DNA of 48,300 nucleotides from a virus, in the IMG/VR virus record IMGVR_UViG_3300037790_000077. One strand, 5' to 3'. A program made the translations under genes and the position numbers. The notes under the pieces were generated by a model. That model had not been told where the DNA came from and did not search any database. It was given only the letters and a program-made list of their open reading frames with translations. The stretch's first letter is position 1. The number at the start of each line of letters is the position of its first letter. This document shows, in pieces, positions 7,199-16,800 of the stretch.

Positions 7199-7465
7199 AT
7201 GATCGACTTTGCTTCCAAACACATCACACGCTGGAAAGACGGCGCCTTCTTCGATTATTCCGACGCGCTGGACGACGGACGTGTCGTCATCGTCTGGTAC
7301 GATCAGACGAACGACGCATACCGCGTCGACGCCGACCAGCACGACGACTTCCTCGAATTCGTCGCAATCCATTGGGCTCGCGATAACGAGCCGCAGGAAA
7401 TCGCGGCCGACGAAACCGACGCCGACTATCTCGACCGCATCGGCGTCAGCATCCTTGAGGGATAG
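7199..7465 (+). CDS. Hypothetical acidic protein, 88 aa
   Basis: ATG at 7199 with AGGAG 9 nt upstream. The TAG stop is immediately followed by the next ATG. Confidence 0.7.
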   Translation: MIDFASKHITRWKDGAFFDYSDALDDGRVVIVWYDQTNDAYRVDADQHDDFLEFVAIHWARDNEPQEIAADETDADYLDRIGVSILEG

Positions 7466-7951
7466 ATGACCCCTGACGAATTTCAGTCGACAGCCATTGC
7501 CATCCTGCGCTCCGGCGTCGGATGGCAATCGGCCATTGCCGAACGGCTTGGCGTGAACCGCCGCGCGGTGACGCGCTGGCTGACCGAGGGCAGCGTGCCC
7601 GACTGGGCCGCCAGCAAACTCTCGGATATGGCCGGCGGCACCGGCAGAGGCCCCTGGCCGCGGGATGAATGGGTGAATGGCGATGCGGTGGACGAGACTG
7701 GCCGCCGCCGCGAGTACATCGTGCACATCCAGCCACCGCGCTTCGTGGCCCGCGTCGTGGAGCTGGACGAATACGGCGATCCGGAGCCCGGCGAAGCGCC
7801 GGCCGACATCCTCTCCGGCATGGTCTACAGCGCCGGGCCGCTGACCCTGTTGTGCGAGATCGAATGGTGGGACGAGGTGCGGCGCGGCGAGCACGCAAAA
7901 TGGCTGGACGCGGCCGCCGACGCGCTGGATCGCACGGCCCACGCTGGCTGA
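7466..7951 (+). CDS. Hypothetical protein with an N-terminal Cro/YdaS-like HTH, 161 aa
   Basis: AERLGVNRRAVTRWLTEGSVPDW resembles a Cro/YdaS-type helix-turn-helix. About 100 aa of unknown C-terminal extension follow. Confidence 0.7.
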   Translation: MTPDEFQSTAIAILRSGVGWQSAIAERLGVNRRAVTRWLTEGSVPDWAASKLSDMAGGTGRGPWPRDEWVNGDAVDETGRRREYIVHIQPPRFVARVVELDEYGDPEPGEAPADILSGMVYSAGPLTLLCEIEWWDEVRRGEHAKWLDAAADALDRTAHAG

Positions 7952-8254
7952 TCAGCCCCGCCCCGCCACTACGCGCGCCCACCAATCCTGACAGGCCCCA
8001 ACGATCCGCTCGTTGATCTGGGCGATCTCGGTCATGTCGCCGGCGCGCTGGCGCCAGTCTTCGCCGGCCGGCATCGGCTCGATCACGGGCGGCGGCGTCA
8101 GGCATTCGGCCGGCGGCCGCTCGATCTGCTCGCGGACGATGCGTTCAATCTCCCGGATCTCCTGTTCCATCGTCGGCGGGGGCGAGACCGAACGCGGCGT
8201 TGTACATCCCCACATCGTCAGCGCTGCCAGGACAGCTGCCATCATCATTCGCAT
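7952..8254 (-). CDS. Outer-membrane spanin (Rz1-like lipoprotein)
   Basis: Track ORF trimmed to the ATG at 8254 with GGAGG 8 nt upstream. MRMMMAAVLAALTMWGC is a signal peptide plus lipobox Cys, and the mature part is Pro-rich. It starts inside the i-spanin gene in another frame and extends past it. Confidence 0.75.
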   Translation of the reverse strand: MRMMMAAVLAALTMWGCTTPRSVSPPPTMEQEIREIERIVREQIERPPAECLTPPPVIEPMPAGEDWRQRAGDMTEIAQINERIVGACQDWWARVVAGRG

Positions 8255-8567
8255 CGAAATACCTCCGCAGCTCGGCCGCATCGGCCGTCAGGTTGCGCAT
8301 GTCTTCCAGGAATTCGGCGGCCTGTTCGGCGCGCCAGTCCCGGTCGGCGGCGAGACGGGACTCTGCAGTGCTCGCCACGCCGGCCAGGCGGGCGGCCTGG
8401 TCTTCCACGCTGGCGACCACGGCCTGATAGTCGGCCGTCACTTGGGCACCTCGCTCGTGGGAACGGCCGAGATGGTACGCGGCCGGGATGATCCCGGCGG
8501 CGAATGCGCCGACGATGGCAGCGCCGATCAGGCCGCCCCGCAAGGCGCCGGATAGACGGCCTAGCAT
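8145..8567 (-). CDS. Inner-membrane spanin (Rz-like)
   Basis: N-terminal TM segment (GGLIGAAIVGAFAAGIIPAAY) followed by a charged, helical-looking periplasmic part. The ATG at 8567 has GGGGAG upstream (the track gives a GTG at 8576). Confidence 0.7.
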   Translation of the reverse strand: MLGRLSGALRGGLIGAAIVGAFAAGIIPAAYHLGRSHERGAQVTADYQAVVASVEDQAARLAGVASTAESRLAADRDWRAEQAAEFLEDMRNLTADAAELRRYFDANDDGSCPGSADDVGMYNAAFGLAPADDGTGDPGD

Positions 8568-8881
8568 GACACCCACTCCCCGTTGCGGAGCCAGCCGTGC
8601 CAGACCGTTTCTATCGGCCCGCCGGTTCGATGCCGCTGCCGATGAACGGACGGATTGAGGGTCGGCCGGTCATAGTCGTCATTGAAATCCCAGCTCGGGC
8701 GCTCTTCGCAGGGCCGCAGGCGCAGCCAGCCCTCGCGCCCATCGCTTGGGCAGTTGTACGCCATCATCCGCTCACCATTGGTCAGAGTCTCGACCGTGAA
8801 GGCGCCGGGCGGGTGCCCCTCGCCGTCATTCCAATCCTCGGCAGGGACGAAGACGGCAGGGCAGCTGGCGCGGGAGGTCAC
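8561..8881 (-). CDS. Small Cys/Trp-motif protein (DUF6527-like by recall), paralogue 1
   Basis: 106 aa with NCPSDG ... RPSWDF ... RPTLNPSV ... WHGWLRNGEW. It shares these blocks with the 41664..42005 product. It sits between the endolysin and spanin genes. Confidence 0.7.
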   Translation of the reverse strand: MTSRASCPAVFVPAEDWNDGEGHPPGAFTVETLTNGERMMAYNCPSDGREGWLRLRPCEERPSWDFNDDYDRPTLNPSVHRQRHRTGGPIETVWHGWLRNGEWVSC

Positions 8882-9816
8882 GACCGCAGCTCCGGCGGTA
8901 GCGCCAGCGGGTTGCCACCGGCCATCGCCTGCCAGTGATGGCGGATGCGGACGACGTATTGCGTCGTCTCCCGGGCATGATGGCCGGTGACATCCGGCAG
9001 GCAGGGCAGAATGTCGTCCCAGTCACGCGCGCCGTCACATTCGGACTGTGCCCGGATGATGTTGCCAGCGCCGGCGTTGTACGAGGCCAGCGCCAGCTCC
9101 CAGCGTCTGACCTGCGGCCGGGAAGCGCTCCACACTGCCATCATGCGCGCCATGTACCAGGCGCCCCATTCGATCGCGATGTCGTCATGCGGAGACGCTC
9201 GGATGCCGAAGTGCGCCTGCGCTTCGGCCCATGTGCTCGGAACGAACTGCGCCAGCCCGGCCGCACCGGCCGGAGAGATTGCCGACGGATCGCACAGCGA
9301 TTCCTGATAGAGCTGGGCGGCCCAGGCATCCGGATACTGCCAAGAGCCCCAATATGTGTGAACCGCATCCGCGATATCGGCCCTGTAGGGCTCACAGGCG
9401 GCGAAGCGCGCGGGCCAGGTCTCGGGAGCCCGGAATTGCTGCGCAACGCTCTCAGCGGCCACAGGCGCCGCGCTTTCGGGCCATGCCGCCGGGGTCGGTG
9501 GCTGGCCGTATGCATGCCCCGCCAGAATGGCGAGCCCGATCACAAAGGCCCCGCGCAGGATGGCCAGTGCTTTCGGGTCCGTCTTGATGAGGGCCAGCCC
9601 CTCGTCGCCTTCGGCATTCAGTCCGCGGATCACGGTCACCAGGCGCAGGCCCAGCATCAGCGCCACGACACCGCCAAGGAAGGTGGCGGTCTTCATCAGG
9701 AAGCCGCCGCCCAGGAAGGCGAAGGCGCCACCGCCCAGGATCGCCAGGCAGGCGATGATGACGATGCCGGCATTCCAGGTCAGCGCGCCTGTCAGGAAGC
9801 GTTTCAGATTGGACAT
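8878..9816 (-). CDS. Membrane-anchored lytic transglycosylase (SLT-domain endolysin)
   Basis: C-terminal SLT motifs QESLCDPSAISPAGAAGLAQFVPSTW and SYNAGAGN. The N-terminal ~110 aa hold three hydrophobic helices. The start was set to the ATG at 9816 (GGAGAG upstream) because the track start at 9828 abuts a terminator T-tract. Confidence 0.85.
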   Translation of the reverse strand: MSNLKRFLTGALTWNAGIVIIACLAILGGGAFAFLGGGFLMKTATFLGGVVALMLGLRLVTVIRGLNAEGDEGLALIKTDPKALAILRGAFVIGLAILAGHAYGQPPTPAAWPESAAPVAAESVAQQFRAPETWPARFAACEPYRADIADAVHTYWGSWQYPDAWAAQLYQESLCDPSAISPAGAAGLAQFVPSTWAEAQAHFGIRASPHDDIAIEWGAWYMARMMAVWSASRPQVRRWELALASYNAGAGNIIRAQSECDGARDWDDILPCLPDVTGHHARETTQYVVRIRHHWQAMAGGNPLALPPELRS

Positions 9817-9828
9817 AACTCTCTCCAT

Positions 9829-9853
9829 GAAAAAGCCCCGCCGGAGCGGGGCC
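9829..9853 (-). terminator. Intrinsic terminator downstream of 9868..10257
   Basis: GCCCCGC / loop CGGA / GCGGGGC (9835..9852), followed on the minus strand by a five-T tract. Confidence 0.65.
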
Positions 9854-9867
9854 AGATGATCGGGGTG

Positions 9868-10257
9868 TCAGGGCGTCGGGGGATGGCGAGAGAGCCACCA
9901 GATCGTGATCGTGATGGCCCCGCCCTGGCCGAACAGGACCAGAAGGACTTGGAATATCCGCCGGCGCCATTTGTCGGCGCGAGACACCATCTCCTCATCG
10001 ACTGCGGCCGTTATGGCTCTGGCCTGCTCGATCGCCAGAAGACGATCATTCAAGCGCCGCAGCTCCCGCATCAGGTCCGCTCGCTCGCGCCTCGCGTCCT
10101 CCTGCTGGCCCTCAAGCCGGGTGAATCGACCGCCGCCCGCCTCGAGCCGCTCGATCACCGACTGCATCTTGTCCTCGAAGAGGTTGATCTGGTCGTCGAG
10201 ACGCTTGTTGAACCGGGCCATCAGCTCGGTGTGGGTAATATCCGGCTCTTGCGTCAT
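9868..10257 (-). CDS. Tail-anchored membrane protein (coiled-coil plus C-terminal TM), possible holin or lysis regulator
   Basis: 129 aa. Charged helical N-terminal region, C-terminal IFQVLLVLFGQGGAITITIWWL. GGGGAG RBS. Function not established. Confidence 0.7.
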   Translation of the reverse strand: MTQEPDITHTELMARFNKRLDDQINLFEDKMQSVIERLEAGGGRFTRLEGQQEDARRERADLMRELRRLNDRLLAIEQARAITAAVDEEMVSRADKWRRRIFQVLLVLFGQGGAITITIWWLSRHPPTP

Positions 10258-10280
10258 GCGTCTCCCCTGAAGGCAGGCAC

Positions 10281-10303
10281 AAAAAAGCCCGCCGGAGGCG
10301 GGT
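10281..10303 (-). terminator. Intrinsic terminator downstream of 10332..10715
   Basis: CCCGCC / loop TCC / GGCGGG on the minus strand. One C separates the stem from a six-T tract (complement of 10281..10286). Confidence 0.6.
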
Positions 10304-10331
10304 TGGGACTATGAAGAGTGGGCGGAAGGGT

Positions 10332-10715
10332 CTATTCCGGCGGCAGTCCGGCCGCCACCCGATCAGCTCGGGCGATGGCGGTCCGCTCGGCCTCGGTCGG
10401 CTCGCCCTCTCCGTTGAAGACCGGGCCGAACACGCCCTCGACGTACATGATATAGATCGCTGCTTGCGTCTCGGGGTGGGAGCGCTCGACAGCAGGCACA
10501 GCATTGAAAATCTGCTGCGCCATCCATATCTGCGCCTCGTATTCGGCTTCAGCCGGATCGGCCGGATCGGCCGCAAGAGCGGCGTCCACCCGGCGCTGCC
10601 AGCGCTTGGCTTCGGCCGGTAGGAGGCGGCGCAGAAACTCGACCTTGGGATCGCCCTCGTGCTCGAGTTTGGAGACGCGGGTGGCAATGGCCTCTATCTG
10701 GCTTTTTAAGGTCAT
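10332..10715 (-). CDS. Hypothetical protein, 127 aa
   Basis: Track ORF with protein-like composition and an AGGA RBS. It follows the fibre-tip gene. Confidence 0.7.
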   Translation of the reverse strand: MTLKSQIEAIATRVSKLEHEGDPKVEFLRRLLPAEAKRWQRRVDAALAADPADPAEAEYEAQIWMAQQIFNAVPAVERSHPETQAAIYIMYVEGVFGPVFNGEGEPTEAERTAIARADRVAAGLPPE

Positions 10716-10723
10716 GGTGTATC

Positions 10724-11785
10724 CTAGAACTGGATTTTTTCTATCAAATCGCTAGTCCGGTTAACTTGGTAAGCCACGCCGCCAAGCGGAGGCATGGCAA
10801 ATCCTTCCCGGCCTGCGAAGGCGGTGGTCTGGCTGTTATACGAGCGCCCTGACACCTCATACGCCGGATCGGCGGTGTAACCGAAAATGTCGCTGGTGCT
10901 GGCCATCACGTGGCTGTCGCCGGACGCTGTCCAGCAGATGGCGGTGATATCGGTATCGCCGGCCGACGCGGTTGTAACAGCGCTCAAATCGCTGAAATCC
11001 ATCGGCGCGACCAATTTTACTCGGGCTATGTTAGAATTGGCCTCAGGGCCAATATATAGATTCAGTAGGTCCGGGGACATTGTAATGCCCCACGGATTGT
11101 CGACAGTGGGCTGTAAGTCCACCTTCTCGGTCTGTATGCCGTCAGTGAACTTGAACGGCGTCGGCGTGTTGTAGACACGCATATCGTCCGGAGTACCGCC
11201 GCTTGACCGCCGCGACATAACCAACAACCACAATCCGTCCGGCGATAGATAAATACCGCGCGGGCCTTCATCGCCCGCATAATCAATCGCGATGCTGTCG
11301 TACAGCGACAGGGTCGAAAGGTCCCCTGGTGTGGATGCGCGCAGAATGTACACGGTGTTATTGTCGGTCGAGCCGAGAGCGAAAAAGGACTCGGTCAAGT
11401 CCATCCCGAGGCCGCGCGGGGCTGCCGTCCACGTTGTTGTGTCGGCGCTCTGAGTTACGGTTGACCCGGAGACGGCAATGTCCTCGGTTGTCCCGCCACA
11501 AATAGCGGCCTTGGCACTCCCGCCCGCGACGAACATGGCGCGGGCCAGGCCAGCTTCCGCTACCTTGCCGCGATCCACGGCTGACGCCTCCAGCTCGCTA
11601 TAGTTTTTGGATGTGATCGATTGGCCGTACAGACCGGCCAATTCGACCCAGGCATCTTGCGCGTCGGCCAAATTAAATGCATCGGCAATTGATTTGTCGC
11701 TCGCCGCAATTGAAATTAACGAAAATGCCGTATGGGCCGCTCTGTCGCGGCCGCCAACTACTGACGACAGGTTTACATCAGTCAT
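10724..11785 (-). CDS. Tail fibre tip / receptor-binding accessory protein (hypothetical, beta-rich)
   Basis: 353 aa, rich in Ser/Thr/Gly/Asp with repeated short beta-like segments. It is directly downstream of the collagen-like fibre and is visibly lower in GC than its neighbours. Confidence 0.7.
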   Translation of the reverse strand: MTDVNLSSVVGGRDRAAHTAFSLISIAASDKSIADAFNLADAQDAWVELAGLYGQSITSKNYSELEASAVDRGKVAEAGLARAMFVAGGSAKAAICGGTTEDIAVSGSTVTQSADTTTWTAAPRGLGMDLTESFFALGSTDNNTVYILRASTPGDLSTLSLYDSIAIDYAGDEGPRGIYLSPDGLWLLVMSRRSSGGTPDDMRVYNTPTPFKFTDGIQTEKVDLQPTVDNPWGITMSPDLLNLYIGPEANSNIARVKLVAPMDFSDLSAVTTASAGDTDITAICWTASGDSHVMASTSDIFGYTADPAYEVSGRSYNSQTTAFAGREGFAMPPLGGVAYQVNRTSDLIEKIQF

Positions 11786-11786
11786 A

Positions 11787-13562
<1,776 letters not shown>

Positions 13563-13568
13563 GCGGGC

Positions 13569-13838
13569 TTACTCCGTTTCCAGCTTCGCCAGCTTGCGCG
13601 TGACCGCGCCGTCCAGCAGGCCGGTCACGGTCAGCCAGTTGTCGGCGTGGGTCTTTTCATGGCCCGGCGGCAGATCGTCCGCCGCCGCGCGCACGCCGTC
13701 GCGCAGCGCGGCAAAGGCCTCCGACGACAGCAGGTCGGCCAGTTGGCGGAAGACGGGCGCTGTCAAGGCCGCCTCTTCGGCCTGCAGCCGCGCCTTTTCG
13801 GCCGCGATATCGGCCAGGGTTCGGGGTGATTTGGGCAT
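13569..13838 (-). CDS. Hypothetical protein, 89 aa
   Basis: AGGAG RBS. It lies between the J-like protein and the fibre gene. Confidence 0.7.
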   Translation of the reverse strand: MPKSPRTLADIAAEKARLQAEEAALTAPVFRQLADLLSSEAFAALRDGVRAAADDLPPGHEKTHADNWLTVTGLLDGAVTRKLAKLETE

Positions 13839-13847
13839 GGTTTTCTC

Positions 13848-16800
13848 CTAGTTGATACGGGTCGGCCCGGAACGCTTCACATCAACGTCCAGAGTGATGT
13901 TTTCGGCCGTCATGCCGGAGGCATTGGCCTGACCGCCATCGATGTACTGGCCACCGACTGCGCGTTTCTCGAGGACGATCGAATAGGTGTGTGTTCCGGC
14001 CGCCGGGTACTCGGTCAGGTTGGCGGAGAACGACGGCCGGATGACTTCCGCAGCTGACGACTGGTTGCCGGAAACATTCCCTTCGGACTGACCGGCGCCG
14101 AAATACCGGCGCACCCGCCGTATCTCCGTCGATCCGCGCTTGATCACTTCCCAGAAGTAGACCCATTTCGCGCTGTTCGCCGGCAGGGCGAACTCGTAAG
14201 ACCAGCTCATCTTCACCTTGTCGCCGGCAATCACGGTGACGGCGCTGGCCGCCCCGGAAAAATTGTGAACGTCCGATATGGAGTAGGTCGGACTACCGGT
14301 CAGCCAGGTGTGGGAGGCCGTGAAGTGCGAGCCCTCGTCACCGACAAGCCCGGCAACCACACCGTCGATCAGTACTCCGCCGCCCTCACTGTCGAATTGC
14401 AGGGTGCCGTCGGCCTTGCGTAGACGCAGGCGCCCGGTGTTCCAGTTTTCCTCGATCGTCTTGTGCGTGCGCGCCGCATTCCAGACATATCGGGACCGGG
14501 CGGTCATATCGAACACCATGTCCGGATCGGCATAGTCGGCACCAAAACCGATCTTGCCGGAGGCAAGCCGGATATCGCTCGCCGCACTGCCGCCGCTTTC
14601 GACCGCGGTAAACATGATGCCGGCATAGGTCGACCCGGCCGTCACCTGCTGGATGCGGGTCGCCTCCAGACTATCGACCGTCGCGGAGACGGTAGACAGG
14701 TCTGACGAGAGCGCAGTCAGTTCCTCGCCCTGGCTCGTCACCGTTGCCGACAGTGAGGTGAACGACGTGCCCAGCGATGCGACCTCGTCAGCCGTCAGCG
14801 TGTAGTCGGACTGCAGAGCGGCCAGGTTGCCGGCCACCGCTGCAACGGCCGTCGTGCGATTGGACACCTCTGCCGCAAGATTGCTGGCCAGTGTGGTCTG
14901 CTCGCTCTCGATCGCGGCGATGCTGTCACCGACGGCCGAGAATTGCAGACTGGTCGACGAAGTGAGCGCCGACAGGCCGTCAGAGACAGTCGTGATATTG
15001 TCCTCGTTCGACGCGATCGCCGCCCCGACCGAGGTGAATTGCGAGTTGGTCGTTGCGACGAAAGACGAATGATTGGTGGCGTTCGTCAGGATCTGGGTCA
15101 GCTGGGCCGCCAGATTGCCGTTGATCGTCGCGATCTGCGAGGTCCGGGTCGAGGACTCGGCTTCGTCGGCCGCGATGCGTTCGTCCTGTTCGGTCGTGAC
15201 CGCCGTATAGGATTCCTGACGCGCCTCGAGGATCTCGGTGCGGCGCCGGCCGATGCGATCATTGAAGGCCAGCACGGCTTCCACCAGCGCCCGCGCCGTC
15301 CGCGCCGCCTCGATTTCCCGCGCATCCAGGGACGCCAGCACGTCCGAGGCAATCCTGTCGCCCAGGCTGCCCGCCGATGTCGCCACCAACGTATCCGGCA
15401 CCGTCACGCCCAGCACTTCGGCGGGCTCTGCCGTTTCCGCACCGCGCTCATTGCGATAGGCGAGCCGGAAATCATAGGTCTCGCCGGGCGTGAGGCCGCG
15501 CACATCGCCGGCGCCGGTGCGTGGCGGCTCACTGTCGACCAGCAGATAATCGGCCTCGCTGTCCGTGATGCGGGCATAGACCAGGAGCGCGGCAATGCGC
15601 GGATCCTCGACCGGCGCCCAGGCGATCGTCACGCCCGGCACGGCGGATCCGGACGGGCCGATGAAGGTCGCCGGCTCGATCGACACTTCGGCGGGCACGG
15701 GCACGGTTTCATCCGCGCCGATTTCCGCAACGATCAGCGGCTCGCCGGCACGGCCGTCCGTGCCCAGCGCGGTGATTTCCACATCGTATGTCCGGCCCGG
15801 CTGGCCGGGCGGCAGTGCCACTACGCGCGCATCGGCGTCCAGATCCGCCAGCGCCTCGAACCGGTTGTCCGACCCTTCCTGCGGCGTCTGGCGCCAGCGT
15901 ACGCGGAAGCCTTCCAGATTATCCGCCCAGGTGTCCGGCACGGTGAAGCTGACGAAGATCCCGTCGGCCGTGACGGAGATTGCCGCCAGGGCCGGTGTGG
16001 GCGGCGTCTGCACGCGCGGCAGGGTGATGCGGGTATCGAAGGCCGGCACCTCGCCCTGGTCGGCCAGGAAGCGCTCCGGCGCATAGGCGACCGCCTCGAT
16101 CTTCGCGCCGAAATTCCGGCCCGGCCGGATCCGCTTGATCAGGATCTGGGCCGTTTCCTTGCCGAACTCACCGAAGGCGACGAGCTCGCCCAGGGCGGGC
16201 GCTTCGTCCGGATCGACCGGTTCGGGCAGGGTCAGCACATTGGCAGGCCCCGGCACGGTGGCCAGCGGCAGAGCCGAGGAGACCGACACGCGGAAAGACC
16301 CCGACCCGCTGCCCGCCTCCGTCACCTGCCGCCAGCGGATGCCATAGGCCTTGCCCGCTTCCATCACCAGGCGGCCCTGGGACAGATCGGGTTTTTCATC
16401 CAGCACGATGCCGGTGACATCGCCCGCTTCGTCGGTGATCAGCTTTTCAACCCGGCCGGATCCCAGCCCGACCAGCATCACATCATGGGCAACGGCCGCC
16501 AGGTGGCCGACGTGCGAAACCAGGCTTTCGATATCGACATCGAATTCGAAGACTTCGGTCTGGTAAAGCGAGGTGTAGAGCCAGAAGCGCGCCAGCTTCC
16601 ACACCTGATCAGGATCGGTGACGCCGGGCACCTCGAACTGTTCATACAGCGTGGCCGCCACGCTGCCGGCCGGGCCGCCGCCATCCTCGCCCAGCTCGCT
16701 ATACCCGTCGGCAAAGACGAGCATTTCGTCCGACCGATAGCCCTCATTTTCGTTGATGAAGGGCACGCGCAGACCGTGGACTTCACCCGGAAAGGTCTTG

